Positions 10,486-21,406 of a DNA stretch of 64,000 nt are shown here, in pieces (position 1 is the stretch's first letter; each line of letters begins with the position of its first letter). The position numbers were made by a program, and so were the translations under genes. The notes under the pieces were generated by a model. That model was not told the DNA's origin and did no database searches. It was given only the letters and a program-made list of their open reading frames with translations. Source of the DNA: Thermodesulfobacteriota bacterium. Its GTDB lineage: Bacteria > Desulfobacterota > Desulfarculia > JACQYL01. The stretch is from assembly GCA_963675595.2 (NCBI GenBank), contig CAXXLZ010000001.1, forward strand, positions 928,001-992,000, in the 5' to 3' direction.

Positions 10486-10995
10486 TTGAAATCCTCGATC
10501 ATCGGTTGAGCTGGAGCGGGCACGACTTCCACGGGCTTTCCCATGTACAAGGGATCGGGGAGAATCCCCGCCTCCTTGACATTGCACGACATTTACCATA
10601 GTAGATGAGACGCATCCGGCAGAAGGACGAAAGCCGGTTCGCTCGAGCCGAGTGCTTGATATTGCGAAAGCTGATATTGAACGGCCGGAGATTTCGTTTC
10701 AGGCGATTCTCCATGATCCGGCGATACTCGCGGATGGAATCAGCGCGCTATGTCGTCTTGTATGGGCGGGCGAGTTGTGAATCTACGGAGAAACGCGACT
10801 CGATGTCAAGGATGAACAGCGCTGGGCGACAGGGCTTTTTGAGGGTCGCGCGACGACCGACCCGATGACTTCGACGCCGTGCGGATGATCCACATCCGTC
10901 TTGTTCCGTAATCTAGAAGGATGAGTTAGTTCTTCGGAAGTCTCTTACGACGTTCAATCCAGTGGCGGAGCGCTTACAAAACGAGGGAGAACAAT

Positions 10996-13113
10996 ATGGA
11001 AAAGGGTGAAGCGAGATCCATTTGTGAGGCTTATGCAGCCAAAGGAGCCACTGCCGTTCCTGAGCATGAATCCAAGAGAATCATCAAGGGCTACGGAGTT
11101 CGGGTGCCTGAAGGCACATTGGTGAAGGAAACGGAAGAGGCCGTGGCCTTTGCGGATGGTGTGGGTTACCCGGTGGTTCTGAAAGCGGTGTCTTCCGAGA
11201 TATTGCATAAGACGGAGCTAAAGGGCGTTGCCGTCGATTTGAAGGACGCCGACGCGTTGAGAGACGCCTGCCGGAGCATGCAGGAAGCTTTTTCCGGACG
11301 GGGAGCCGCTTTGGACGGCTTTTTGGTGGAAAAAATGGCGCCGGAAGGAATGGAACTCATCGTAGGCCTGCAAAACGATCCCAATTTCGGTCCCGTAATC
11401 ATGCTGGGAACCGGAGGGGTTTTCATCCATTTAATGAACGATGTAACTTTTCGAGTGCTGCCCGCTACGAACGAAGACTACCGGGAAATGATCGAAGAGA
11501 TCAAAGGCAAGATACTCATGCGCGGATTCCGGGGGAAGCCTCCCCTGAACGAGCAGGCTCTCGTGGAGGCGATGGCGGCTATCGGCCGTTTCAGCGTCGA
11601 CGCGGCGGGCCTCTACGAATCCGTGGATTTCAATCCGGTGATACTGTCGCAAAACGAAGCGGTTGCCGTGGACGCCAAAATCATTCTGAGCAAGCAACCT
11701 GCGGAAACATCCATCACCATGGTGGAACCGAACACCAAGAACATGGACAAGTTTTTCGAGCCGCGAAACGTGGCGCTCATCGGTGCTTCCACAACTCCCG
11801 GAAAGATTGGAAACGCGGTTGCAGACAGTCTGATCAACCACCATTTCGACGGAAACGTATTCCCCATCACCAAAGGGGGGAAGGAAGTTTTCGGCCTGAA
11901 AAGCTATGAGGGGCTGGCTGAAATTCCCGAACAGTTGGATCTGGTGGTGGTTTGCGTGGGATTGGGGCTGGTGCCCGGTATTCTGGACCAGTGCAGCGAG
12001 TTGAAGATTCCCGCGATATTAATCGTCTCCGGGGGGGGGAAGGAACTCGGGGAAGACGAGGCCGCCCTTGAATCTGAAATCCAGCGCAAGTCCAAAGAGT
12101 ACGGCATTCGGGTCATCGGACCCAACTGCATCGGCTGCTTCAACGCCAAGAATCGATTCGACGCTTTCTTCCAGGTACACGAGCGCATGGTTCGCCCAAA
12201 ACCCGGCAATATTTCGATGACCACGCAGAGTGGGACCTACGGAGCCAGCTTTCTTGAGGCTTGCGAGTTGATCGGGGCCTGCAAGATGATTTCCTATGGA
12301 AATCGGGTGGACGTGGATGAGGCGGATATGTTGGCGTACTTGGCGGAAGATCCCGACACCAAAGTGATCGGGGCCTATGTCGAGGGGCTGGGTGACGGCC
12401 GCAAATATCTGCAAACGGCCGAAAAGGTGATATCCAAACACAGGAAGCCCATTGTGGTGTACAAGTCCGGACGCACCCAAAGATCGGCGGTCGCCGCTCA
12501 GTCACATACCGGAGCCTATGGCGGCAGTTACGGGGTGTACGCCGGAGCCATGAAACAGGTGGGCATTCTTGCGGTGGATTCCTACGAAGAGCTGGTCGGG
12601 ATCACCAAAGCTCTGTCCATGCAGCCTGCGGCCCAAGGCCCCGGAATCGGTATGATCAGCAACGGGGCGGGTCCCATGGTGAACGCCATTGACCTGTTCG
12701 ATCGGCTGAACCTGGAGATCGCCCAAATCGAGGATGCCACCTACCGGGAAATGACGGATCATTATCCCGCCTTCTACATTGTCAAGAACCCGGTGGATGT
12801 TACGGGGTCGGCCACTTCGGACGACTATGATTTCGCCATGGAGTGCCTGGTAAAGGATCCCAAAGTACAAGTCATCATGAACTGGTTCGTGTTTCAGGAT
12901 ACCCCCTTGGATGAGGGCATTGTCGCGAGCCTGGACAAGATCAACAAGAAGTCCGATAAGCCCATTCTGTGCGGAGCCGCAGGCGGCCCGTATACGAAGA
13001 AGATGTCCCAAGCCATTGAGGAGGTGGGTATACCCGTGTTTGAATCCGCGCACATGTGGATTACGGCCGCCCATGCATTGGTCCGGTGGGGACAAGTTCT
13101 GAAGAGTCTGTAG
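10996..13113 (+). CDS. ADP-forming acyl-CoA synthetase (ATP-grasp + CoA-binding + ligase domains)
   Basis: GYPVVLK..HKTE, FGPVI, VALIGAS, GPNCIG, QSG, SHTG (phospho-His), NPVD. Confidence 0.9.
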   Translation: MEKGEARSICEAYAAKGATAVPEHESKRIIKGYGVRVPEGTLVKETEEAVAFADGVGYPVVLKAVSSEILHKTELKGVAVDLKDADALRDACRSMQEAFSGRGAALDGFLVEKMAPEGMELIVGLQNDPNFGPVIMLGTGGVFIHLMNDVTFRVLPATNEDYREMIEEIKGKILMRGFRGKPPLNEQALVEAMAAIGRFSVDAAGLYESVDFNPVILSQNEAVAVDAKIILSKQPAETSITMVEPNTKNMDKFFEPRNVALIGASTTPGKIGNAVADSLINHHFDGNVFPITKGGKEVFGLKSYEGLAEIPEQLDLVVVCVGLGLVPGILDQCSELKIPAILIVSGGGKELGEDEAALESEIQRKSKEYGIRVIGPNCIGCFNAKNRFDAFFQVHERMVRPKPGNISMTTQSGTYGASFLEACELIGACKMISYGNRVDVDEADMLAYLAEDPDTKVIGAYVEGLGDGRKYLQTAEKVISKHRKPIVVYKSGRTQRSAVAAQSHTGAYGGSYGVYAGAMKQVGILAVDSYEELVGITKALSMQPAAQGPGIGMISNGAGPMVNAIDLFDRLNLEIAQIEDATYREMTDHYPAFYIVKNPVDVTGSATSDDYDFAMECLVKDPKVQVIMNWFVFQDTPLDEGIVASLDKINKKSDKPILCGAAGGPYTKKMSQAIEEVGIPVFESAHMWITAAHALVRWGQVLKSL

Positions 13114-13136
13114 AACCTGCGTGCTCTCATCTGAAA

Positions 13137-13168
13137 GCCGCTTCCCCCTCGGGGAGCGGCTCTCTTCT
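13137..13168 (+). terminator. Probable intrinsic terminator
   Basis: GCCGCTTCCCC-CTC-GGGGAGCGGC hairpin followed by a pyrimidine-rich tract. Confidence 0.5.
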
Positions 13169-13194
13169 CGATTTTCGTGGAGGTCGTCCGCCTG

Positions 13195-14652
13195 ATGGAA
13201 ACGGGTCATGGTAGGCTTCAATCCGGTATCAGCCTCGGAAGTTGTCGCAAGAACCATACGGTGGAAATCGAAAAAGCCGTTTCTCCTCGCGATACCGTAC
13301 GGCACGTCATTGACACGCTTCGGAGCCTTGATCTTGAGCTGGTGAGAGAAATCACCCGCATCGACTCCGGAAGGCTGGGCATTCCGGTCTTCATCTGCAG
13401 TGCGGGTAAGGACTGCAATATTCCGACCCCCAAAACCATGGGAAAAGGGGCGACACCGGAACAAAGTGAGGCCAGCGCTCTCATGGAAATGGTAGAGCGC
13501 TTCAGCCACGCCAATTATCCCAGGGCGAACAACCACCGGAAAGCCACATTCAAGGAGGTGCGGGAAGAAACCCTGCCCCTGGAGGAACTGGTGCAGGTCC
13601 CGGGACGAGGAGCAACCGTAGCCGAAGGCGAGTTGGACGCTTTCGCGGATTTGCCCTTTGCCTGGGTCCCCGCCTACAGCCTGACGAAGAAGACGGATTT
13701 GCTGCTCCCGTACGAATGGTTTGCGGATGTCCAGGGCACCAACGGGTTGAGCGCCGGCAACACCATGGAAGAAACGGTCCTTCAAGGACTTTGCGAGGTG
13801 GTGGAACGTCACGTATGTGCGGTGATCAACGTTTCTCGGGAACCGGTTCCCACCATCGATCTGAACACCGTTAGGGACCCGGTTGCCGGGGAGCTGTTGG
13901 GCAAGTTTGCTCGAAACAATATTCAGGTCATGTGCAAGGACTTCAGCCTGAACACCGGGATTCCCACAGTGGCCGGAATCGCGTTCGATCCGGCGTCCTT
14001 TCCCAACAGTGAAATCGTTTTCTGTGCGGGCACTTCGACTCACCCCGAAAAAGCCTTGATCCGTACGTTGACGGAAATCCAACAAATGGCCGTGGATACG
14101 TTTCAGCAAGACTATTACGCGGGGGGCATTCTTCCCAAACTCAGAGACTGGCGCGAAAGCGGCTACCTGTTTACCAAGGATGATCCCGTTCCCATTCAGT
14201 CGCTCCCGGACGTTTCGTCCACGGACATGTTCGAAGAGCTCGAAAACTGCACGAACGCCCTCAAGAACATCGGTTTCGAGCCCATGGTGATCGACATCAC
14301 CCATCCCAAACTGGGCATCCCGTCGGTCTTTGTCATCATGCCCGGCGCCGAGTTGTACGATACCTCTTCCGGTCAACTGCACGCGGGCTACTACTTGGGT
14401 CGGCGCATGGAACATACCGGCCGGACGGACGAGGCGATCGGGCTTTTTCGAGAATCCATGCGCAAATATCCCAAGTCGGCCCTCCACGCGCATCTGGAAA
14501 TCGCCAATTGTCTGATGTACCAGAGCCGTTGGGCCGAAGCGATCAGCGCCTACATGGAGGCTTATCGCCATGGTCCGGACCGGGCCATGCAGATGCGCAT
14601 CATGCGGTGCCTCGGCATCTGTAACGACAAGCGGAAAGAAGCCGCATCGTAA
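13195..14652 (+). CDS. YcaO-like protein with C-terminal TPR repeats
   Basis: MGKGATPEQSEASALMEMVERFS, TNGLSAGNT.EE..LQGLCEVVER; TPR-like C-terminus. Confidence 0.88.
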   Translation: METGHGRLQSGISLGSCRKNHTVEIEKAVSPRDTVRHVIDTLRSLDLELVREITRIDSGRLGIPVFICSAGKDCNIPTPKTMGKGATPEQSEASALMEMVERFSHANYPRANNHRKATFKEVREETLPLEELVQVPGRGATVAEGELDAFADLPFAWVPAYSLTKKTDLLLPYEWFADVQGTNGLSAGNTMEETVLQGLCEVVERHVCAVINVSREPVPTIDLNTVRDPVAGELLGKFARNNIQVMCKDFSLNTGIPTVAGIAFDPASFPNSEIVFCAGTSTHPEKALIRTLTEIQQMAVDTFQQDYYAGGILPKLRDWRESGYLFTKDDPVPIQSLPDVSSTDMFEELENCTNALKNIGFEPMVIDITHPKLGIPSVFVIMPGAELYDTSSGQLHAGYYLGRRMEHTGRTDEAIGLFRESMRKYPKSALHAHLEIANCLMYQSRWAEAISAYMEAYRHGPDRAMQMRIMRCLGICNDKRKEAAS

Positions 14653-14789
14653 GCCAACACGACTTGATTTGGTTCCGAAACCTCTGGAAGCAACTATTCC
14701 ATTGATCCGTCCGGAGGGGGATAGGTGCAGGGAAACCACCGATCTCCTCGAAGGCCGGTAGTCAAAGAGGCCGCCTTCCCCGGCGGGAT

Positions 14790-15773
14790 ATGAAGGGGGT
14801 GGAGACCGTGAATTTCGCCGTGCTCTTCCACACCGGGGACAAGAGCTGTGTGCGCGTGGATCCTCAGGCCTTTTCCCCGGACGTTTTGACTCCTCAAGAT
14901 TTCGCTTGGTGCGATTTCGATTTCTCCTCAAAAGAAGAGGCCAGGTCCCTCCTCGCAGAATTCGGTTTCTCCCAACCTGAATTGGAAACGGCCCTGGAAG
15001 CGGAAGACCCGTTCTTTTTCAGCCATCGCCAGCGAAGAATCTTGGATCTATTTCACGTCTGCCATTGGGAAAGCGACGCTTTGGCGACTACTCCGCTGAT
15101 CGTGGCCATGACCGAGCGCATCATCGTAACCGTGCATCAGGGACCATCCATTTATGTGGACCGAGTGCTGGAAAGTTGCGAGGAATCTTTTCGATCCGTG
15201 GGGAAAAGCCCCGGATTTATCTATTTCCTGTTTTGGGATGCCATGGTGGACGCCTTCCTCCCGCACGTGTTCTTCATCGACAACCGGTTGGAGCAGCTTG
15301 AAGACGCCTACATGAACGGGAGCAGCGGCAAGGAGATACTGGACGCGATCCTCCGGGCCAAACACATGGTGCGCATGCTCAAACAAAGCCTCTCTCCCAT
15401 GCAGCGGTCCATGCGTCATCTTGTGGCCACCCGCCTGGAGATCATCAGGGACGAGGCCCGTGTCTATCTGAGCGGTATCTTCGAGCACGCGGATCGAATC
15501 GGCCAAACCGTGGACTCCCTTCAGGAACGGGTTCATGCCACCATGAGCGGATACGATTCCGTCCTCTCCCAGCAGATCAACAAGTCCATGAAAGTGCTGG
15601 CCATCATTGCCACCATCATGATGCCCTTGTCCCTACTTGCCGGCATCTATGGCACCAATTTCGAATACATCCCGGAGCTGCACTGGAGGTACAGCTACTT
15701 CGTATTTTTGGGGGTGATGCTCGGATCGGGTTTGGGATTGGTGGTACTGTTCAGAAGAAAGAAATGGTTGTGA
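14790..15773 (+). CDS. corA: CorA-family Mg/Co transporter
   Basis: MKVLAIIATIMMP...GIYGTNF..IPELHW (GxN signature), two C-terminal TM helices. Confidence 0.85.
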   Translation: MKGVETVNFAVLFHTGDKSCVRVDPQAFSPDVLTPQDFAWCDFDFSSKEEARSLLAEFGFSQPELETALEAEDPFFFSHRQRRILDLFHVCHWESDALATTPLIVAMTERIIVTVHQGPSIYVDRVLESCEESFRSVGKSPGFIYFLFWDAMVDAFLPHVFFIDNRLEQLEDAYMNGSSGKEILDAILRAKHMVRMLKQSLSPMQRSMRHLVATRLEIIRDEARVYLSGIFEHADRIGQTVDSLQERVHATMSGYDSVLSQQINKSMKVLAIIATIMMPLSLLAGIYGTNFEYIPELHWRYSYFVFLGVMLGSGLGLVVLFRRKKWL

Positions 15774-15994
15774 AAGGGTCCGGACCGCAACATCCATCCT
15801 CCGGGCGTCTTTGAGTCGGGCGTGGCGTATCGCCCGCGTTCAATTCGTCCGGAGGTTGCCCCATGGTGAGGCGGGTGCGAGAAAGGCCGCCGGGACCATC
15901 ATTATTTACAGGCCGGCAGGAAGAAATATCTTTTGCAGGCCTCCCCCCCGTGAATGATCGCCCCGGGCCGCGGACGGGCGGCCCCTCGCCCGGT

Positions 15995-17575
15995 TCAGCG
16001 GACCGTCAGGGATTGGCCCGCATAGGGGACCACCGTGGGCCAGCCTTTGGACTGAAGGAGCTTCTGGAGCGCCAGGCTCTGATCCTCTTCCCCGTGGACC
16101 AAGGCGATCTTCTTCACATTCAAATTGGATCTCTCCAGAAACTGAATCAGTTCTTTTTGGTCCGCATGCGCACTGAAACCGTCCAGGGCCACTACATGCG
16201 CCGCCAAAGGGTATATCTTGTTAAGAAACCGCATCTCCGGAGCGGCTCCTTTCCTGCCTTTGCGTTCGTATTCGGACCCTTCTTCAAGAATTCTCCTACC
16301 CAGGGTGTTTTCGGCCATGTACCCTACGATGAGAATCGTGTTCTTGGGGTTGTGAATCTTGTGCCTCAGGTGGTGGAGGATACGCCCTCCTTCACACATT
16401 CCCGATGAGGCGATGACGATATGGGGACTCTTTTCCCGCATCAACGCGATGGATTCATCCACGGAACCGACGAAACGGACCTGTTTGAAGACAAAGGGGT
16501 TCATCCCTTTTTCGAGAAATGAATTATGGGTCTGGTCGTCGTACAGCTCCGGATGTTCTCCGAAGACCCGGGTGATGCCTTTTCCAAGAGGGCTGTCCAC
16601 GAATATGGGGATACGGGGAACCTGACCTTCGATGTAGAGCTGATGCAGAAAATAGATCAACTCTTGGGTTCGGCCGTAGGCGAAAGAGGGGATCAGAACG
16701 GATCCGCCCCGATCGGCCGCATCCAGCAGAGCTTTCTTCAACTGAGGTTTGAGCTCTTCCACGGGTTCATGCACTCGGTTTCCGTAGGTGCTCTCCAGTA
16801 TCATCAGGTCCACGTCACGATACTCTTCAGGGAAATCCAACACCGGATCACGGATGATCGGTTTGTCGAACCTTCCGATGTCGCCGCTATAGAAAAGAGT
16901 CCGGGTTGCCCCATTTTCGCGGACCCTGACCAGGGAGAAAGCCGAACCCAGGATGTGACCGGCCTCGAAAAAGGTGCAGGTCGATTCTTGACCGATGGAA
17001 AAGGGTTCATTGAAGGGATAGTCCTCGAAATACTCCAAGGATTGTTCGGCCTCGGCTGAGGTATACAAGGGCTCAACGTGCTCGAGGTGGTGGCTTTGGA
17101 TGAGGTCGTTCACCACTTCCGTGCGCACTTTGTGGTCGCCTTCCTTAAGCACTTTCTTGGTGTTCCGGATTTGTCTCTGCGTGAGTTCCCTGCTCCCGGA
17201 ACCCGATTTGACCGCGTAAAGGAACGCCCTGGCGGTTTTATAGTTCAGGTAATCCGCGTCCAATTCCTGAATCTTGGCGCTGTCCATTAAGAGGTAATCG
17301 CACGCGTCGGCGGTGGCACGGGTGCACAAAACGCGGCCGTTGAAACCTTCGGAGGTCAACAAGGGAATTCGGCCGGAGTGATCGATGTGCGCATGGGACA
17401 GGATCAGGTTGGTGACCATTCTGGGGTCGAAGGGCAAAGTCCTGTTCTTCCGTTCCGCATCTTTCCTTCGTCCTTGAAACAACCCGCAATCCAAAAGGAT
17501 GTGATCCGTTTCGGAGGAAATCAAATGTAGAGAGCCGGTAACCTCTCTAGCAGCACCGTAAAACGTGACGTACAT
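15995..17575 (-). CDS. MBL-fold beta-CASP ribonuclease-like hydrolase
   Basis: GAAREVTGS, LSHAHIDHSG, AGHILGS, ESTYG, FSAHAD, LVHGE. Confidence 0.9.
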   Translation of the reverse strand: MYVTFYGAAREVTGSLHLISSETDHILLDCGLFQGRRKDAERKNRTLPFDPRMVTNLILSHAHIDHSGRIPLLTSEGFNGRVLCTRATADACDYLLMDSAKIQELDADYLNYKTARAFLYAVKSGSGSRELTQRQIRNTKKVLKEGDHKVRTEVVNDLIQSHHLEHVEPLYTSAEAEQSLEYFEDYPFNEPFSIGQESTCTFFEAGHILGSAFSLVRVRENGATRTLFYSGDIGRFDKPIIRDPVLDFPEEYRDVDLMILESTYGNRVHEPVEELKPQLKKALLDAADRGGSVLIPSFAYGRTQELIYFLHQLYIEGQVPRIPIFVDSPLGKGITRVFGEHPELYDDQTHNSFLEKGMNPFVFKQVRFVGSVDESIALMREKSPHIVIASSGMCEGGRILHHLRHKIHNPKNTILIVGYMAENTLGRRILEEGSEYERKGRKGAAPEMRFLNKIYPLAAHVVALDGFSAHADQKELIQFLERSNLNVKKIALVHGEEDQSLALQKLLQSKGWPTVVPYAGQSLTVR

Positions 17576-18073
17576 GTCGACTCCGGGTGTCCTGGTAGAT
17601 GTTGAAACAACACTGGATTCGGAAGGTTTCCGTGCCGGGTCCGTGAACCGGTCCATGATCAAAGGGAGAGTATCGGTTAAAAGAAATCACTTTCCGCCCT
17701 GGATGAAGTGTTGATTTCACAAGCCTGATTTTGCCCGTCCACGAAGGAACCAGCGACGGTGTTCAAATGTTTTTTCCCGGCCATTGAAAACGAATTCGCA
17801 CGGCATGAGAGGTAAGAAACAAAACGGTTTTCCACGGCGAGGGCTTCATCGTCTCACCGTAGACCTCGCCGGGAACGGACGTGCCTTCTCTCCACATGGG
17901 AATGACTTTTCGGTGAGTACATGCATCGCCGCGAAACGGCCGTCCACAAAGAGAGCCGACAGTCGATCCCGCCGATTCCGGGAAAAAGACCGCTTCGGCT
18001 TCCCGACTGGGGGAAACCGCCCGTCAACGTCCTATCCGGACACAACGAACGGGTGTCGGAGCTCCTTGTTGCG

Positions 18074-18313
18074 TCAGTCCTTCAAAGGCCACTGACCTTC
18101 GGCGACTTCCTCGACGAAGTAGCAGAATCGATCCCATTCCACTTCTCTGGCGGTCACCGGGCAGCGCAGTTTCAACTTGCGCTCGGTGACGCCGATGACT
18201 TCCCAGTCTCCCCGTCTAGGTCCGCTTCCGATTCTGATCTTCTGTCCGACCTCATGCGGGTAGGGGGTGAACAAAACGAAGCGTTCCGGTTTACTCGTCG
18301 CGTCCATGATCAT
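18074..18313 (-). CDS. Small hypothetical protein (79 aa)
   Basis: AAGGA RBS before ATG; protein-like composition (FTPYP..GQKIRI..GPRRGDWEV..LRCP). Confidence 0.6.
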   Translation of the reverse strand: MIMDATSKPERFVLFTPYPHEVGQKIRIGSGPRRGDWEVIGVTERKLKLRCPVTAREVEWDRFCYFVEEVAEGQWPLKD

Positions 18314-18488
18314 ATCCTTTCCGCCCGGCGGTCGATTCCCTCCGTCCGGCTGATGGAAGGGGAACCGAGTTTCCGGACAATCCGGGTCCGTATTATGGTG
18401 ACTTTGACGGGAAAAGCAAGGATCGTCTCTTGAAAAGGGATGCCGGTGGATATTGGGGCGCTCCCTTTGAGCGATGCCCCTGCGAGGT

Positions 18489-19046
18489 TCAAAATGAGGA
18501 ACTTGATCGAGGGGGCACGAGGACATATTCGGTAAGGAAGCGATCCCACCAGGTAATTTTTCGGATGAGATTGCAGAGGTAGGTGACGGCTTCCGGATTC
18601 TGCGCGTAAACATCCGTAGAATTCGACAAGCTGCCTCCCCCCAGGTCGGCCCGCTGGTACAGAAGGGCCGCGATTCCCACTACCGGAGGGAAGGAACGAG
18701 CCGCGGCCTCGTTGGCCGCTTTGATGTAGTTGTTCACCAGAAAGGCTGGGTTTTGGTTTCTCTCCTCGATTTCCGCGAGAAGATCCGTAGTGTGATTCAC
18801 CACGCGTTTCATCTGGTGATCCGGGAGAAGGGCGGGGAGGTGAGTCAGGTTGGCTGCGATGATTGCCCACGCCAGTTCGACGGCTGCATCGTCTTTGTGG
18901 AGTCGTGGTTGAATCGCTACTCCGGTTCGACCGATGTTTTCCAGGACCTGAGGCCAGAGAGAATCGACAATTTGAAAGACGTGCTTCAAAAAATAGGCAC
19001 AGGCCGATTTTTCGGCGATGCGCTTCTTCTGAATTTCTTGGGCCAT
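18489..19046 (-). CDS. Hypothetical protein
   Basis: 185-aa ORF co-oriented with neighbours; no recognisable motif. Confidence 0.55.
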   Translation of the reverse strand: MAQEIQKKRIAEKSACAYFLKHVFQIVDSLWPQVLENIGRTGVAIQPRLHKDDAAVELAWAIIAANLTHLPALLPDHQMKRVVNHTTDLLAEIEERNQNPAFLVNNYIKAANEAAARSFPPVVGIAALLYQRADLGGGSLSNSTDVYAQNPEAVTYLCNLIRKITWWDRFLTEYVLVPPRSSSSF

Positions 19047-19124
19047 GAATGATCGTTCTCACAAAGAAGTGTGGCGGATGGGACAATTCCCGGGAAAACC
19101 AGGGTTTGCTTTTCGACTCCCCGA

Positions 19125-20267
19125 TCAATCCTGCTTGTCGCCGGCGTCTTGGGCGTAGCTTACGGCGGACAGGATTCTCGCGTACAAATGGGCCGCTTGG
19201 CACACTTGGCTGAAGGACACGGATTCGTCTTCCACATGGGCCTTCTCCAATCGACCGGGTCCCAATAAAATCGGTTTCACGCCCGCCATCCAAAGCAGAT
19301 TGGCGTCGGAGTGACTTCTGAAGGATTCCGGACTCCACGGACCTTGGAGGTCGACCGAGATTGTTTTCAACAAGTCGACCATCGGACCGCGGTCCGGGAT
19401 CTCGTAACCTGAGTGAATTGTGGGAAAACGAATGTGGGCATCAAGGCCCGGCTCACGAGAGGTGCCGTTCAGAAGGGCTTCCTCCAACTCAAGCGTGATC
19501 TCTCCCATGGGGGCGGTGGGAGGCAGATGCAGGTCCAGCCAAGCCTCGCAATGATCCGGAACCACGAATCCGGCTTTCGAACTGCTGATGTCGCGAATGT
19601 TGTATACGGCCTCTTTTCTCTTACTCCCCAGGTACTTGAGAATTTCCAGGAGGACCCTCAGCATGGCTTCTACCGCGTTTTCTCCCGAACCGGCCAAAGA
19701 GGCGTGTTTCCTCTTTCCTTGGGTGACGATTTGGACTTCGAGGTATCCGTAATGATTGAGGCAGGGTTGCAGGTCCGTGGGCTCTCCGATGATGGCCCAG
19801 GGGAAGTCGTATTCACGTATGAGTTTCCGGGCGCCGTCTCCTTCCTCTTCTTCACCCACGACGAAACAAAGGGCGGTGGACGACAGGTTGCATCCCGCCT
19901 CCATGGCGGAGAGATAGGCTTCCACCATGGCGGCGCAACCCGATTTCATGTCCGCCGCTCCCAGACCGAACACCTCGTCGTCTTCTTCCTCGTAGCCGAA
20001 TTCTCCCAGCTCATAGGCCGGGACGGTATCCAAGTGTCCGATGAGGGCCAGCTCAATGTTTTGCGGGTCCGGAACCACGAGAATGTTGTCCCGGCTTTCG
20101 TCGACGCTCTGCCGAACCACGGGCAAGTCGTGCCTCTTCAGAAACGAATACAGGTAGTCGCCGATGTCTCCCTCTTTTCCCGAAGGGCTGTAGATGTCGA
20201 TCAACCGCTTCAGGAACCGGCGGAGTCGCTTGGTTTGTATGACCGGATTCGTTCGCGGATTTTTCAT
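19125..20267 (-). CDS. M20/M25/M40 metallopeptidase (acetylornithine deacetylase-like)
   Basis: GHLDTV, GLGAADMKSG, VGEE, IIGEPT, AHV.DE. Confidence 0.9.
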   Translation of the reverse strand: MKNPRTNPVIQTKRLRRFLKRLIDIYSPSGKEGDIGDYLYSFLKRHDLPVVRQSVDESRDNILVVPDPQNIELALIGHLDTVPAYELGEFGYEEEDDEVFGLGAADMKSGCAAMVEAYLSAMEAGCNLSSTALCFVVGEEEEGDGARKLIREYDFPWAIIGEPTDLQPCLNHYGYLEVQIVTQGKRKHASLAGSGENAVEAMLRVLLEILKYLGSKRKEAVYNIRDISSSKAGFVVPDHCEAWLDLHLPPTAPMGEITLELEEALLNGTSREPGLDAHIRFPTIHSGYEIPDRGPMVDLLKTISVDLQGPWSPESFRSHSDANLLWMAGVKPILLGPGRLEKAHVEDESVSFSQVCQAAHLYARILSAVSYAQDAGDKQD

Positions 20268-20821
20268 TCGTCGAGGTCTTCTCCCACTCTGATGCCGTTT
20301 TGGATGCGCGGTCTATTTTCTTTGCGTCTCGGCGCCATATTCAGGGTGAGATAAATGTGTTCTTCGGGGTGGCCGAATCCCATCTTACGGAAGAATTTCA
20401 GGGCCGGCAGGTTATCCGCCTGCGTATCCACCAACATGATGTTGACCTTGATCTCTTTCATTCGCTCTCTGAGGTGAACGAACAGTTTCTCCCCAATTCC
20501 CTGACCCTGGAACTCCGGATCGATCCCCAGCCAAACCAGATAACCGTACTTCCAGGCTGAGCGACTCTTGCTGATCGTGGTGGCCAATGCGAACCCGACG
20601 ACCCGCTCTTCGATCTCGGCGGTGAGACAGAGTTCCGGATCGCCCTGAAAGAAAGAGGTCAGCTCGAATTCGTCCCAGGTCCGGTACAAATTGGGGACGA
20701 CCTTCGCGGTGAACAGTCTTTCGCCCAAATGGAAGACCGTGGCCAGGTCGTCGATCTCCATTTGTCGCACGGTTACGTGGTGTCTCTTTTTATGTTTATT
20801 GGGCCCTTCCACTGAGTCCAT
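20264..20821 (-). CDS. GNAT N-acetyltransferase
   Basis: PEFQGQGIG acetyl-CoA motif, N.PAL.FF.KMGF; overlaps the M20 start (ATGA). Confidence 0.9.
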   Translation of the reverse strand: MDSVEGPNKHKKRHHVTVRQMEIDDLATVFHLGERLFTAKVVPNLYRTWDEFELTSFFQGDPELCLTAEIEERVVGFALATTISKSRSAWKYGYLVWLGIDPEFQGQGIGEKLFVHLRERMKEIKVNIMLVDTQADNLPALKFFRKMGFGHPEEHIYLTLNMAPRRKENRPRIQNGIRVGEDLDE

Positions 20822-21063
20822 CTTTCTCCGTTTCCAGGTTCGGTGAATTCCGACAAATTGTGACCTGCTTCTTTCTTTGCGTCAAGAGAAGGATGGGCAT
20901 GTTGACGTCATTCGGCGGATCGTTGCTACGGTGTGAAACGGCGGGATTGACAAAGTGCAAAGAATGCCGGCACCGGGGAGCACGGCGGAGGGGGGGCTCC
21001 AATACATGCAGCAAAATAATGCTGTTATATCAGCATGTTATTCTCTATGCGTGAGCCGGGTTT

Positions 21064-21078
21064 TGGCACGGCCTTTGC
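21064..21078 (+). promoter_or_regulatory. Sigma-54 (-24/-12) promoter
   Basis: TGGCACG-GCCT-TTGC matches the TGGCACG-N4-TTGC consensus, upstream of the small ORF/USP cluster. Confidence 0.8.
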
Positions 21079-21201
21079 CTATCTAGTTTGTCGATTCAAG
21101 AAGAGCATTGCTTTCAGAGGCTGAGGCCCAATGATTTTGGATATCGGCTTTTGGATTGAAATACAGAAGCTCCCGTTGTTACGCTTTCTTGAGGAGGGCC
21201 C

Positions 21202-21387
21202 ATGACCCGTGAAATACTCAAACGACAGATACAGGAATTGAATTCCACGATCGGTGAGCTCAGGGATGGGATCGCGGTGGAGACGAAGATCGGATTTCAG
21301 TGCGACACGTGCCAAACGCTCAGGTCCATGGTTGCTCTTCGAAGCAGGCTCCTCGAAGATTACCTACAAACGAGACGGGAGGCGTAA
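21202..21387 (+). CDS. Small coiled-coil protein with CxxC
   Basis: GAGGAGG RBS, 61 aa, CDTC; directly upstream of USP gene. Confidence 0.6.
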   Translation: MTREILKRQIQELNSTIGELRDGIAVETKIGFQCDTCQTLRSMVALRSRLLEDYLQTRREA

Positions 21388-21406
21388 TTCCTCCGGGAGG
21401 TGAACC

